From contig CM052839.1 in assembly GCA_028534125.1 (NCBI GenBank), positions 45,756,001 through 45,820,000 of the forward strand: 64,000 nt of DNA. The letters are read 5' to 3'. A program made the position numbers and the translations under genes. Positions within the stretch are counted from its first letter, which is position 1. Each line of letters opens with the position of its first letter. This document shows, in pieces, positions 22,900 to 37,000 of this stretch. The stretch is from Lama glama (lineage: Eukaryota). The notes below the pieces were generated by a model. It was not told the DNA's origin. It ran no database searches and saw only the letters and a list, made by a program, of their open reading frames with translations.

Positions 22900-24960
22900 A
22901 AAAAAGACCTTAAAATTTAGTAATAGATTAACTTAGGTGTCAGATTAACATAATCACACAGAAATAAAGAATTTAAGTAATTTTCTGAGGACAAAAATAC
23001 CTACAAGGAGGCCTTGACATTTCCTTAGTAGGTCTGGTTGGTAGAAGGAATTCTGAAGCTATTTGGAGGGTATTTTGGAACAGAACAAGTTAATAAATAT
23101 AGTAATACTGCTGGAAAAAAGGGTTCTCACTGTGGAGAAAGGGTATCAGTGGAACCATGTAGGTTTCCCATATTTTGTAGACTGAAAATGGTTGACTCTT
23201 GGCAATTTCATACAATTCCACCAAATGTAAATATGGAAGGAGGGGAGAGGAGAAAGAAGACTGAGGTGTGGTTTGGAGTGAGAGAGATTTGGGCGAATTC
23301 AGGATGCTAGCTCTGTCCCCCAAGAGGGGCCTACAAAGCAGAGGCACCCCAGTAGCAATGAGCACATTCAGCTCCAGATCTTGGTTTCTAAATCCCATTC
23401 CCCTCCAAAAGGGTCCAGGGCTTCCTTGAGAAACGGTGCATTCAAGGGCTGGGAGAACCTAGGACGCCGTCTTGTGGCAGAAATGAGGAAGTGCTGGGAG
23501 AATAACAGAAACACCTCAAAAAGATGCAGGAAAGATGTCAGTGTTACAGGTGGTTGTAGAGTAGCTCAGTGTACGGCGTCATGGGTAGCTCTCCCAATGG
23601 CAAATCACGGCTCGGTGGTGACGTAAGGAAATGCCTTCTTCTTAGAAAACACCTTCTTCTTAGGAAAGAAAGTATTTAGCCACGAAGGTGCACTCTCCAT
23701 TACTCTCAGGTGGTACAGAAAAATTGTTATATGTACGTGGAGAAAGAAAGAGAGAGATGGTAAAGCAAACGGGCAACACGTAAACAACTGGCGCGTCTGT
23801 CTAGGAGACACACGGAAGCGGGGGAGGGTGTAGCTCAGTGGCAGGGCACGTGCTTAGCACGCACGCGGTCCTGGGTTCAATCCCCATTGCCTCCACTGAA
23901 AGTAAATAAACCTTATTACCTCCCCCCTAAAAAAGAAAAGAGAAGAAAAAACAAAGATACGCAGGAGTTCCTTATACTGCTCTTGCAACTTCTGAGTTTG
24001 AAATGATATAAAAGTAAAAAGTCACTCCCCCCCCTAGAAAAAAGGAGCACAAAAGTCAGCTTGAAGGGGGTCTCACTGGCCAAATCTGGGTCAATCTGAG
24101 CATCAGAAAGAATCACTGAATTTCAAAAATCCATTCATTTGTATTAATACTTCAGAATTTAAAAAATCTTGACCAAAACATGCCTATTAAATGTAGAGGA
24201 AGTGACAAGGTTGGAAAGTTGTGATTTTGCAAACATAATTATAACGATGGATGTAGGCAAGGACCATTAACTGACGCTAAAACCACCGGGCAAATGGTTA
24301 TTGGCAACACATCACATTTATGCTCTCAAAGAATTACCCCACACACAGCTTATTTAGTCTATGAGGGACCTAGACCGTGGAGGAACCTGCAGACCTCATC
24401 TTGACCAAGTGTTCAGTCTGTGCGTCCACACTAGGGGCACAACCTGATCTCCTGGACTTCCTGAGGGGCTTCATCTACCCCACCTCACTGCCTCAGATGT
24501 TTAACTCCAGGAAACTATCAGGCAGCTCCAGCCTGTGGCCTCTAAATAATGCAAATGTCATGAAAATTCAAAACAAAACAAAAGATGGTGGGGCCGCGGT
24601 AAGTTAAGGGAGTGAAAACAGATTCAACGCAATGTGACAACCGGCTGTAAAGGACCATTTGGGGACAACAGGGGAAATTCTAAACTGGACTGTGTGTTAG
24701 ATAATATTATTGTGTCCATGACTGCTTGGTTGTCGGGCGTGGTGACTGGTTACAACTGAGTAGGAGCAGGTCCTGGGATTTTTGGAGGAGCTGCTGAACT
24801 ATTTGGAGGGAAAGTGCCTGGATCTCATCAACTTACTTTCAAATATAAATACACATGCTTGCACAAATGCAGAGAGAAAAGGCTACTGGGACAAATCGTG
24901 AACAGTTGGTGCACCTAGGTGAAGGTGTAGAAAAGAGTTAAAGCAGTGATTTATCGTATT
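22900..24960 (+). mobile_element. Patchwork of ancient L1 (L1MC4/ME-like) 3' fragments
   Basis: AT-rich block with motifs such as CTTATACTGCTCTTGCAACTTCTGAGTTTGAAAT and AAACTGGACTGTGTGTTAGATAATATT; boundaries uncertain. Confidence 0.4.
23820..23950 (+). mobile_element. tRNA-derived SINE (camelid-type)
   Basis: GGGGAGGGTGTAGCTCAGTGGCAGGGCACGTGCTTAGCACGCACGCGGTCCTGGGTTCAATCCCC (A and B boxes), then AATAAACCTTATTACCTCCCCCC and an A-rich tail. Confidence 0.88.
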
Positions 24961-24984
24961 AAATTTTTAGCTTTTTGGAGCTTT

Positions 24985-25515
24985 GACGTTTTTTGAGAGT
25001 TTTATAGAGATGACTATAGAGGTACATGCAGTTGTAAGAAATAGCACAGAGCAAGCCCTCCTGTATTTATGTACTTTCTTGCAATGGTAACATTTCGCAA
25101 AACTAGCACAAAATCCCAACCGGGACAGTGCCCTGAATACATTGCACCCATGTTCCTTCACATGCATATCATGCTGTATCCAGTCTTATCCAGTGTAGGT
25201 CCCTGGCGCTGCTCTCCCATAACCCCGCCTCCCCTAACGTCTGGCAACTCTTACTGTGTCCTCGATTTCTAAAATGCTGTCATTTCCATGTTATATAAAG
25301 GGAGTCGCACAGCATGTAGCCTTTAGGGACCGGCTATTTTCACTCACCCAGTTTCCCGGGAGACTCACCCAGGCTGCAGTGTCAGCAGTTTGTTCCTTTG
25401 ATTGCCGAGTGGTGTTCCATGTGTGGATGCGCCACATCCTTTAACTGCTCACCCGATGAAGGACATCTGGCTTCATTCCAGCCTTTGACTATTAGATGAA
25501 GCTGCTGTGAATGCT
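24985..25515 (-). mobile_element. Old L1 3'-end fragment (L1MC/MD-like)
   Basis: CATGCAGTTGTAAGAAATAGCACAGAG...CAATGGTAACATTTCGCAAAACTAG...GAAGGACATCTGG...GCTGCTGTGAA. Confidence 0.65.
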
Positions 25516-27269
25516 AACATGCAGATCTGTCTTTTTTTTTTTTTCCCCTAAAATCCTTTGTCAAGGGCTGACTTTCAGTACACTGCAGTGAGGGAGCTGC
25601 TCTGCTGCATGGGAAACCCTGACCCAGAAGCAGGTCGTCTACCAATGATTTAACACCAGGTTCCCCACGAATGAGCAGTGCATCATGGCCGAGGGGGTGG
25701 CCATCTTTCTGCCCACGCCTCATGTTCCACGAGGAAGGGCTCTCCATGGGACCCTGGTCCCGAAGATCTGTCATTTTTTAAGATAGCAAATTTGGAAAGA
25801 AAATTATGAGCTGCAAAAAGAGGCTGAATGAACTACAAGAGCATTAAGGAAAGTCTCCTCTTCTGGGCCTCGCACACCTCCCAAACATGACCTCTGACCC
25901 CACAGTCAGCTCCGTGGTCTCCGCTGTGATCACATCCTAGACCCTGGGCGGCTCAAGTCTATGCCATGGGGAAGGTGAGAGTCCTTTCTGCTGTGGTGTG
26001 TGGCTGGTTTGTCAAGCCACCGGAATTTTTGGCTCCGGTCTGAAATAATCCCCTGTCCCAAGGGAGCCTCTGGAGGCTGGTCAAGCACCCCAGGGCTCCG
26101 AGCAGCATCCAGGGAGCATCTCTGGGGCTTGTCTTCACGGGCGCCTCATGGGGTCTGGTCTGTCCTGCTTGGTCTTCCCTAGGTCCAGTCTAGCCAGGCC
26201 ACTAAGGGAGGTGGCTCTGCTCTGCCTCCCCACCTCCCACTGCCAGTGCCCAGACACAGACCCCACTAAGCCTGAGGCACCCCGCCCCCTCCAGGCAAGA
26301 ATCAGCAGCCAGAGGGGAAGGCACACACTGGGGGGCCGCGTGTTCATCTGCCCCCATCAGTAGTCATTCCTCCCACAGATGTTGGCAGAGCATATGCCCC
26401 GTGTGGGGTCTGCTCAGAGTGCATGCACAGTGCAGGCAGACAGGGCTGCCCTGCGTGGAGACAGCCCTTAAACAAGTGAGCAGGCACAAAAGGCCCGTCC
26501 CAGTGCTGATGAGGCTCTGAGGAAACCCTGAAGTGCTGAAGAGGCCAGGTTGGAGGCAACTTGAGATGCGGGGGGGGGGTGGCTATCACAGAACTGCTCA
26601 TAGGGCTCTGATGGGCTGCAGGGTGGGTGGGAGAGCTTGATCAGGCAGTGGTCAGAAAAGCCCCAAAGGTGTCTGTTCCAAGGCCAGTGTGCTCAGCTAC
26701 ACCTGGACAGTAAGACCCACGTGAGCAGGTAGGAGGGGGCGGGGCAGGTTAGCTGGGGTCCTCTCTGAGCCAGACAACATCTCAGGGGAGGGGACTGGCC
26801 ATTGGTGGTGGTGCCATGTGTGTGGCTTGGTGAGGCACTGAGGTTGCAGAGTGCTGGATGGGCCCATTGGACTGTGAGGCAGATCCTGAGGGGTGGCCCT
26901 GAAGCTGTAGCTACCCTAAGGTTTTCCCATTTTTCCCAACATGCCTGCAGGCATCTGTCAGTATGAGGATGCTCGGGAGACGGATGTGTCAGCTACACGA
27001 AGGCCTGGCAACACCCACATCAGAGGGGTGTTGGGATCCCACAGGCCCCTCCTCCGTCCTCCCACTGATTTGGGCGACTGGAATCAGGGGCCAAGTTCTA
27101 CTGCAGGGTTTGGCTGCCGGTAGTGAGGGCACAAACAGAATGCTCATCGCAGACTTTTACTGAGTCTGCTCTCGGGTCTGGAGTTTCCGGCCCGCCTTTC
27201 CCCGCAGCCGCCTCCTGGCCTTCACACCACCCCACAGGGCTGGCAGCCAACCACTCCGCAGAGGTGCGG

Positions 27270-28060
27270 GGCCTCACTCCACCCCTCTGGACCACAGCGG
27301 GTAGGAAGGGGGACAGCGGGGCCAGGACGGGCCGGCAGGGACAGGGAGCCGAGGACTCGGCGCGCTCATGGCCCGCACGGCCGGTCGGCACCCAGGGCCA
27401 CATGCCCGGCTGGGGAGACCCCGCCCGGCGGGTGTCGGACTCCAGCTTCCCCGCCCTGCGAAAGCACCGGGGGCGTGGCCGGGAGGGGGCGTGGCCGGGC
27501 AGGGAGGGCCCGGAAGCGTGCGCTGGCCCCGCCCAGTCCCCGCCCCGCGGCCGCGTGGCTGTGCGTCCGGCTGTTGCAGATAAAGTTGTTTGACGCCGGG
27601 CCGGTGGGTCACGTGAACGGAAGATGGCGGCCCCGGCAGGCGGCGGGGGCTCCGCGGTGTCGGTGCTGGCTCCGAACGGGCGGCGGCACACCGTGAAGGT
27701 GACGCCGAGCACCGTGCTGCTGCAGGTGCGGCCGCAGGCGGGCGGCGGGTGCGGACGGGGCGGCGGGGACGCGGCGCGGGCCGCTCCTGCGGTTGCTCCG
27801 GGGGCCTGCGGGGCGGGGCCGGGCGGACCTGCGGGGCGGGTCCTGCGGCGGCCAATGAGCGGCCTCCTGGCGCGGCGGGCCCGCCCACTTCCGCGCCGGG
27901 CGCGGGGCTCCGGGTCCCTGCGGGGAGGGGGCAGGCGTGCCGCCCCAAGAGGCTGGCGGGGATCGCGCTCCCTGCCACCGCCACCCGATTCCGCGGCCCA
28001 GCCTCCAGGGGCGCCCTCCCGCCCGGGGCGCTGTGGCCGGGTGTGCTGAGTCACTCGCTG
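27270..28060. promoter_or_regulatory. CpG island / ASPSCR1 promoter with GC boxes, ETS (CCGGAAG), E-box GTCACGTGA and a YY1 motif (AAGATGGCGGC) overlapping the ATG
   Basis: CpG-dense region around exon 1; motifs at ~27510 and 27608-27631. Confidence 0.85.
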
Positions 28061-31000
28061 CACTGCACCCGGCAGCTGGCCTACGTCATTGAAAATGCTC
28101 ATTGGGCCCAGCTGTGTAGGGGACGGTGCGCACACTAGGTGGGGCGGGGGTGCTGAGCCGATGTAGAATAGCTCAGTGCGTGCAGGGCCCGGAAGGGGGG
28201 AGGTCCTGCCTTGGAGGGCTCCCCAGGGCTCAGTGGGGCTGGCTTTCTGAAAGTGGGGAGGGGACCTCCTGGGGTGTGTGGGAAGATAGTTTGTGGCCTT
28301 GGGAAGGTGTGGAGGGTCCCGCCGAGCTGGGATGACAAGACAGGTCCATGAGGAGGACCAGCGTGAGCAGGATTTGCAGGGGAGGCGTGTGAAGCTTTTG
28401 CGTGGGTAGTCAGTCTCGTGGCTTGTACTAGGCTTTGTCCGGCAGAGCCAACCAGCTTTCCAGGAGGCGGACTCTGTGCCTTCAGCTGCTTCAGTGCCAC
28501 TTGACTGCCCCGCCGCACTGGTGGGGGGAGGTGACCAGGCTAGACCAGTGGCTCATGCCCTCATCTCACCCCCAGGTCCTGGAGGACACGTGCCGGCGGC
28601 AGGACTTCAACCCCAACGAATATGACCTGAAGTGAGTGTGCTCTGGGTGGCTACAGGGTCCAAGTCCATCCCCTCCTCCCCCAGGGTCCCGCTGGGGCTT
28701 AAACCAACACAAGTTTATTCTCTCACCATCTGGAGCCCAGAAGCCCCCTACGAAGGTGTTGGCAGGGCCACACTCCCTCCAGAGTTCAGGGGCAGGACCA
28801 TGTCTTGTCCCTTCCAACTTCTGGGGGCCCAGGCCTCCATGGGCTTATGGTCACCTCCTTCCTGTCTCTGCCTCCCTGCTCCCTGTGTATTGTCTTTCTC
28901 CTCTTCCGTCCCTTGTAAGGACATTTGTCTTTGGATTTAAGGCCTACCAGATAATCCAGGGTGACCTCACCTCGAGATCCTTTATCACATTTTCAAAGGC
29001 CTTGTTTCCAAATGAAGTCACGTTCGTGAGTCCTGGGGTCTAGGATGTGGATGTATGTTTTTGGGGGCCACCATTCCACCCACTGCCAGTGGGTTTTCGA
29101 GCATTAGGTTGTGTAAGTTCCTGGTGGGGCTCTGAGGGCATGAGGCTGTGGTCACAGAAATGGGAAGAAACTTGCAAACTGTAGGTGGTTCTGATGGCCT
29201 TACAGCCCCTGGAGTTGTAGTTTAGCAGTATGTCCTTCAAGGTGTGGCTGTCCTCCCAAGGCAGGAGGGCCTACTCTGTTAGGCCCGCCCGTGCTGCCTC
29301 TTCTGTGGGGCTCTCCAGAGTGGGGTCCTGAGTGAACGTGCCCTCACGTCATCCAGGATCCCTGCCTTATGGCTAGCCACTGAGAATCCCAGGGCCATGT
29401 TGGGCCGTCCCCCTGGGGCCCTGTCACAGAGCCGCACACCCTCTCTGCTTTCCCTGAATCTACCTGAGGCCTCTGCATGGTGTCTGATGGGAGTTAGTCG
29501 GAATGTTGAGTCTCTTTCACACACGTATCAGTTTTTCTACTATCTCCCTTTTATCCGCTGACCGTGTAATTTGTTTAAAAAGCCACGGCCACTGCTGAGG
29601 AAGGCAGTTCCTCGCACATGTGTATGTGCGCTTGTGCACGAGACCCCTTCCTGTCGCCTCTAGAGCTTCCCAGCCCACTGCCGTCAGGGTCTCCTTAGGT
29701 CTGCTGTTCTGTCTTGCACTCAGCGTTGAAGTTGTTGAAGATGGGTATCAAAGTTGTTCGTTTCCCAGGTCTTCCAGACGCCCCAGGCTTCATGAACTGT
29801 TCTGCTCAGAAAACCGGTGTTTGCACAGGCACCTTGGCATTCATGCAGTCCAGTGACCACTTTGTGTGTGTTCAGATCTCACATTCTCTCGCCAATACTG
29901 TAGTTTTTTCCCTCAACTTCAGTAAAAATAGAGCTCAGAGCCTGACTTTTGAGAGGTGTGAATAAGTTCTTTTATTCACTCTCCTGGTGATTCATTCTGG
30001 CCACTGTCTGTCTCATCCAAAGTGGAGGCCACACGGCAGTAGTGTCTTCTGCTGGGGGCGGGAGCTTTTCTCAGACTCAAGTGATGTGAGGGTTAACAGT
30101 GGTGGTTCTCATTCCTGTAGGGTTCCTGGGAGCTAAGGGGGTCGTGAGGAGAGGGCCCAGGGTCAGGCAGGCTCTAGCTGCCTGGCCGCCACCCTCCCTG
30201 CCCACGGGCGTGGGTCTGGGTCCGGGTCTCCGAGGCCCCCATGCTCTCCTCTCTTTCCTCTTTCCCAAAGAGGTGTCAGACTCCTTGTCTGTCCACAGAC
30301 GAGATGTGATCTGAGCTGGACATTAGGAGCTGCACATGGTCCCAGCGCTGCCTTTGGTTGGCCAGGGCCACCTGTCGGCACTTCTCATCTAAGTTTCCTG
30401 TTCGTGACACGTGCTGACCATGATCCTGGCCTCACTTCCCAGGAGGGCAAGCTGCCAGTAGAGACAGCAGGGGTCTTGAGGTCCCTGGATTCTCCACCCG
30501 CCCTCTTCTCCTGGCCTGGGTTATTCCCCTTCCTGACTCACCAGTTCACTTTGCTCCCCCCACTTCCTCCCAGGATACTGTCCCGCCGTGGACCCAGGAG
30601 CTCTGTGCGTGAGGATCAGAAGAGGCTGCAGGCCGGTGTGGGCCTCTTCCTCATCCATTGGAAGCTTAAAGCTGCCAGGTCCCCACGCGGCAGCTGATAC
30701 CTGCGGGACAGGGACACAGAGACTGATGGGCTGCTCCAGGCTGGGAGGCCCTGGCTTTGCGACTCTTGGCTGCCATGAGGGCCTGGCTCTTCGTAGGGAC
30801 TTCAGACTGGCTCATTTCATGTGTGGTTCTCTGGCACCTTTGCCATCTGTCACTGGTCTTTGGGGACCAGTTACAGGGAGAGTGATCACCGTGGCTGGAC
30901 TGCTTCAACCACAGGGCATTGTTCTATTAGGAATTTTCTGGGTCTGTCTTCGGGCTGGTCACTGCTCCCCAGGGTGGAGGAGCAGGCCCTTGGCTTGCCC

Positions 31001-34000
31001 AGGGGTGACTTGCCCGTGTTCCTTCCATTCTTGCTTGAGCTGTCAGCGCTCACTCTCTTTCCTTCCAGAGACCCTGTGCTGGGGTTGGGGACCTGCTGTT
31101 TCTGTGCGCCGGCCCTCACTGCCTGTTTCCTGCTCCTGGCTGGGCTGCATGGGGACTGGACAGGGGCGTGTTTGGGTCTGCAGGCAGCCCAAGGCTCTGG
31201 TCTGTTTTTCAGGTTTCAGAGAAATGTGCTTGACCTCTCTCTCCAGTGGAGATTTGCCAACCTGCCTAATAACGCCAAGCTGGAGATGGTGCCCATCTCC
31301 CGGAGCCGCGAGGGGCCCGAGACCATGGTAGGTGGCGCTCAGGCAGGGGCCGGCCATACTGCTTCTCCCGGCTCCCTCGTTCAGGCTGGACTGCAGGGTG
31401 CTCGGCAGGCCCGGCAGAGGGGCAGGGCATGCCTGCTGCTGGAAGAGCACCCTGCAAGCCAGGCACCCATCCTCAGGGGGAGGTTGCCTTCTATCGGTCA
31501 AGCCGGGGCCACTTTTCTGCTTTGAAAACTGATGATTGGAGATGAGATTTTTCATTCCTTATGCTGAATGTTTTTGGAGTGGTGGGGTGATTAATTGTGC
31601 TGTGTCTGTCTCACCGCGCTGGCAGCATTCACCATGTGACCTGGTGTCTCTGGTCATAAAACCATCAAGAATCTTAGATCCCGCAGGGCTCTGTGAGGTG
31701 TCCAGCACAGCCTCAGTTGTGGGACGGGGAAACAGCTGGCACAGGCCTCTGTGGACAGGTTTTGGCTAGACCGCAGCCCAAGTCTTCCAACTGCAGCCCA
31801 CTGCCTTCGACCAAATCAGTAACTTTTAGGTCCCAGAGATTCAGTGAGTGACGGTTGGGTCACTGTGGATGGAGACTGTAATCACGTTAGCTGCCCTCTT
31901 GTGCCTACATGAGTCCTTTACACGCAAAGCCATGTGTTCTCCCAGCACAGCAGGGAAGTGGTTTTCCTCCCTGTCTAGAGACGAGGAGTCTGGGGCCCGG
32001 GGGCAATGTCCGCTCTCCAGAGCGCGCTGGGAGTCAGCGGCGGGGGCTGAGCCTAGTACCCCTCTTTTTCCATGGCAGCTGTGGTTCTCAGCCTTTCATG
32101 TAGAAGGAACCCTGACTTCCCTTGGGGATTCCTTGGGGTGTGATTAGGAAACCCCCTCGCACTTTCCCACGAGCAGGTCCTCCTTTGTTTGTTACTGGGA
32201 TTTCACATAAATAGTTGTGCCCCTGAAGAAGAGTCCCTGGGCCAGAAAGGCAGGAGTAGCGACAACCTAGAAAGGCAAGCGTTCGACCCGGGGTCAGAGC
32301 GGCTGGGCAGGGGCCTGTGGGCGCGGTCATGGGCGAGGCCGTGGCCCGTGGGTGGGGCGGGCGGGCGGGACCATGGCCTGTGGGCGGGGCCGTGGGCTGG
32401 GTGGGGCCGTGGCCGGCGGGGTGGGGCCGGCGGGGCGGGCGGGCCAGCCGAGCCGGCCGAGGCCCAGCCCCGTGCTCCAGTTTGCTTGCCCGTGCTGCTC
32501 TGCGTGTGTCTCACTAGGCAGAGAGACAGGAGAGCACTTCCCCCCTTTTGGGTTATAGACTCGTGTCTTAATTTAGGGAGACAGTTGTTAAAGATGGACT
32601 AGAAAGCAGCGTCGTCATTTGTGAGAAGAATTCAGCGAACACAGCATGTTAGTTGTCTGTCATGTAACGAATTACTCCAAAACTTGGCCCCTTGAGACAC
32701 AACAGCAAACAGACGTTTGCAGGTTTGGCAGAGCGTGTGCGGAGGAGCGGCACGTACCCTGGTGTTGGCTCCCACGTGCCCGTGAGGCCCCCGGAGCCCC
32801 GGAGATGGGGCATGCCCTCCGCCGGCCCCATGAGGATCAGACCCAGCCCAGTGGGACCCGCTGCTCTCCCTAACTGGGTTCCACGTCTCCCCCGCAGGTG
32901 CGTATAGCTCTGCAGCTGGATGATGGCTCCAGGTTGCAAGATACTTTCTGTTCAGGCCAGACGCTCTGGGAGCTTCTCAGCCATTTTGCACAGATCAGGT
33001 AAGTGTCAGAGGGTAGGTTCCAGGCTCTGCCACCCTCTGTGGCAGGGATGCAGCCACGATCAGCGGGACTGGTCTCGACCACAAGCCCGAGCTGTGCCTG
33101 TGCCGGAGGCTGTGCCGCTGGGCTTTGTGGCCCTGGTAAGAGAACTGGTGTGGGGAGACGGGCCGTTGTTCATCAGCTGTAGCAGCAGGTGCTGGTTGCC
33201 AGTGGCCTGTCTTTCTTGCTGGGTTTCCTGTGTGACAGCTGGTCATAGTTCTCCTGGACGAGCTTGCCAGCTTCTATCTGGTGATTAATGGCTTAAACTT
33301 TGCTCCTCAGTGTGTCGAAACGGTAGTCTTTCAAGCTTTGGTTTTTCACTGTGGGACGAAAGTGTGTCTGCTTTTAAAGATCTTTGCCAACAGCGTGGAA
33401 GGGACCGTGGGAGAGTGTACTGGTTGCTGTGTGGCCGTGGGCAAGTTGCTTGCCCTCTCTGGGCCTCCGAGGGGTGATGTGAAGATGAGATGAGCTAATG
33501 TGTCTCAAGTGCTGGTGTCAGGGCCTGGCGCATGGTTTGTCTCTGTGGAAGGGGGGGCTCTGGGCAGGGCCCCCGGTGATGGGGCCTCACTGTAGGAAAG
33601 CCTGCTCCGGCCTGGTTGATCTGACCGTGGCGCCCACAGCCAGATTCCTGCTCGCTGGCCCACGCCGCCCGGATGGGCTCCTCTGCCCACCTCGTGTGCT
33701 GGTGGCCCCTCTTGCCCAGCTCCTCCTGTGATGAGACCCAGGGGTCCCTCCTTGCTCCTCCGACCCTCGGCCAGCCTCTGCCCTCCCGGCCACTCTCCTG
33801 AGAGAGCTCCCCGCCCCCACTAGGGTGACCCCACCCGCTGCCGCCGAGATGAGCACACAGGCCGCCACTTGCCTGTGCTGTCCTTGGCGCCTGCCGCCAG
33901 CTGGGCGGTCGGGCTGCTGGTGCCCTTGTTTCAGCCGAGGGGATGGAGACCCGGAGGAGCGCGGGCTCCTCGGAGACCGGGGCCCGGGTGCCAGCACTGG

Positions 34001-37000
34001 CCTTCTTAGCTGTTGTGCTGCCGAGGCGGTGGGGTCTCTGCCTCCGTTTCTCCTGCATTCTTTCACTTACTCAGCGCGGGCCGGGCTGGGTCTACAGCAG
34101 GGAGCTGGGTGCTCGTCTCCCAGAAGTGACAGGCAGGTGTACAGAGCAGTCAGATTTCACAGGGAAGGCAAAACGCCGTGGGGGGGGGAGGTCTTGGAGG
34201 AGCCAGATGCACCAGGCGCAGGGAAGGAGCCATCTGGGTCCAGGGGCAGCAAGTGCAAAGGCCTGGGGGCAGCAAGGAGGAGTGGGAGGAACGCTTGGAA
34301 GCCAGCGTGTGATTCTTCTCCATCCCAGAAAGCTTCTAAAATGACCTCAGGGGACCGTGCAGAGACACAGCCTGGAAGACGGACAGAGTGAGCACGGAGC
34401 TGAGGCAGTGATGGCACAGGACGTGGGGGGGGGCCAGGGCAGGTGCTCGATGAGATGGGGTCCTGGATCCCCTCCCACTCCACGCTGCTGGTGCCAGAGG
34501 TGGATCCCTGGGCAGGGTAGGCTCTCTGGACTGGGGTTGCCTGCACGGCTGGGGCTGTGAGCCCTGTCCCGAGAACAGGGGTCAGGTGAGCCTGAGCCCC
34601 CCCATGTGGCTCCCGGAGCACCGGCAGCTCCCGATGGTGGGCCTGGGTGGCTCCCCAGGTCCCCACCCAGAAAATGACAGGCAGCTGCACTGCGGCCAGG
34701 GCCCCAGGTGTAAACGAGAGCCACAGCCAAGTGTGCCCAGTTGTCTGAGCAAGACGACTACTGTGAGAGGCCAGCACGGACAGCCAGGAAGAGATGGCCA
34801 CTGTTGGGATGGGTGGTGGCGTTTGGTCCTGTTCTCCCAGGAGGGAGAAGCTGTTGGAACTGGGGCTGGGTGCCGTGGAAAGGGAATGCTCAGTGACAAG
34901 AAAGGGTGCTTGGGACGTAAAGGAGAGCCGCAGTGGGAGGTGCAGTGGTCAGCGCCAGCCACCCGTGACGAGGTGCTGCGGAGCTGCTCGTGTGCCCAAG
35001 GGTCAGCCGGCCTGGCTGATCTGCAGTGGTGGCAGACGCCTGAGGGCATGTGGGGCCACGAGACGCTTGGACCTGGGGCGCAGGGTCCCTGCCGTCTTGG
35101 CTGAGGTGCCTCCTGGGGAGCAGCTGCAGAGCCAAGCGGCCCACCACTCAGAGGGAGGCCGGAGGAGGGGGAGCCGGAAGGCCAGGATGTGGCTCCTGCT
35201 GCTGCGTCTCTGGAAAGAGAACAGAGGGGCACAAGAGGAAACGGGAGACGGTAAACAGTCCTGGAACTGAAGGTGTGTGTTTCCAGGGTGACGGCCTCCT
35301 GTGCCTGGACCAGTGGGACGCCTCTGGAGCTCGGCTCGAGGGCTGATTCCACAGGCCTCGGGCTCCCTGTGGCCCCACCAGCAAGGTGGCCGAGCGGTGC
35401 CTTCAGCATGCCGCAGGAAATTGACCTGTTCTAGAATTCTCTGTTTTGCCAGATTACTGAGGGGTGAGGGTGGAACAAAGCCATCTTTGGACTCGGAAGG
35501 TCGTGTGTGTACCGTATGTACCCTCCAAGTTAGCTGCTAGGTCTGCTCCGTCGCAGGGCAGCTGGGCGGATCCACCTGGGAGGAGCAGACGTGGGGCACG
35601 GGGAGCGGAGGGGGCCCCTTGGGGCAGCAGACGTTGGACGCAGGTGCCTCTGGGGCCCTCTGCTCAGGCTGTTCCCACCAAAATGAGGAGTGGCCCGGGG
35701 CAGCAAGGCCGGTGGCTCCTCAGCTGCCCGCACAGGGGAGCCTGGGTCACCGTGCGGTCACGATGGCCGAAGTTCCCCTGGCTCTCAGGCCACTGGCCAG
35801 GCGGCCGGGGCCTGCCTCTGGGGAGGGCACCAAGGTTCTGGGAACGCTGGTTCACACGAGCCTCTCAGGACTGGCTGACTTGGTAAGCTGGGCTTAAGAT
35901 GTAAGGAATAGGACGGGTTGGGGGTGGCGGGGCAGTGGCAGAAGAGCAGGGTGACAACAGGAGGAGGCAGGCCCTGGGGGTGATCATGTGGGGGGGTGTC
36001 CTCCACCCTCTCTTCTGCTGTGACTCCATCTTGTCTTCCTGGACACTCCTGCGGCCTTGTTTCCTGTTATGTGTGCTGCCTGCCCACTGATGTCAGGCAG
36101 CTGGTCATTTCTCTGCTGTCACTCTAGAGGCGGCATTGCTGGACCTGCAGACCAGGACTTGCCTGGGCGTCATCTCCAGGAGCACGGATCCAGGCCTTTT
36201 CTTGGAAGCTGGTGTTTGAAGTAGGGTTCAGATGAGCAAGGGTGGGTGGCGTCTTCGGCCCCCACGTCGTGGCCAGATACCAGATGAGCTGGTGAGGCTG
36301 CGCTGCGGCCGAGCAGGAGTGCAGTCAGCCGCCCACCACTGCGGGGCCCTGCCAACGTGGGGCGGCCCCCTGACACCTGGGGACTGGCAGCTCTGGGAAG
36401 CCCAAGTCTTGGGGTCCCCACAGTGGGATGGGCGGGAAGCTGGTTTTTCTCACAGGAAGCTTCCAGGAGGAGGTAAGTGTCTGAGAGCTGCTGGTGTGCC
36501 GGGCGTGGCCGGGAGCCGTAGTGGGTGAGCACAGGTCCACTCTTGGTCAGGCGGCGGCTCCTTTGCCTGGGGATCAGGGTGGATGGTGCCCAGCTCTGAC
36601 CCCAGCATCTGGAGCAACTAATTGTCCAGTGTTTGGGCCACGTGGGCCACATGTGCGGACACAGAGGTGATTCAGAGTGTTCTGGCAGCCACAGCAAAGG
36701 AAAGTGAAAGCAGGCGCAGTTAATCTCAGGAACACAGTTAACTCAGCCCGGCGTGTCCCAGGTGCCGCTCTCTGTGCACGCGGCCAGCGGGGGAGGAGGT
36801 GTTCCATGTTGTTGTTGGTAGGAGCTCTCACACTTGGAGCCGGCCTCCCCCGTGCCGGCTCTGGGCATGCTTCGTGCCCACGTGGGCCGGTACCCGCCGT
36901 AGATAACACTGGCCTCGAGTGGGCTGGCCAGTCTCACCTCTGCTTCTTGGGCATCTCTGCAGGGAAGGCTCCTGGTGTCACGGCCCAAGCCCAGGAGGTG

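Noticed and set aside
23820-23895. Apparent tRNA gene (A and B boxes)
   Set aside because: One of four diverged copies with a common non-tRNA tail and poly-A, so a SINE; no proper acceptor stem.
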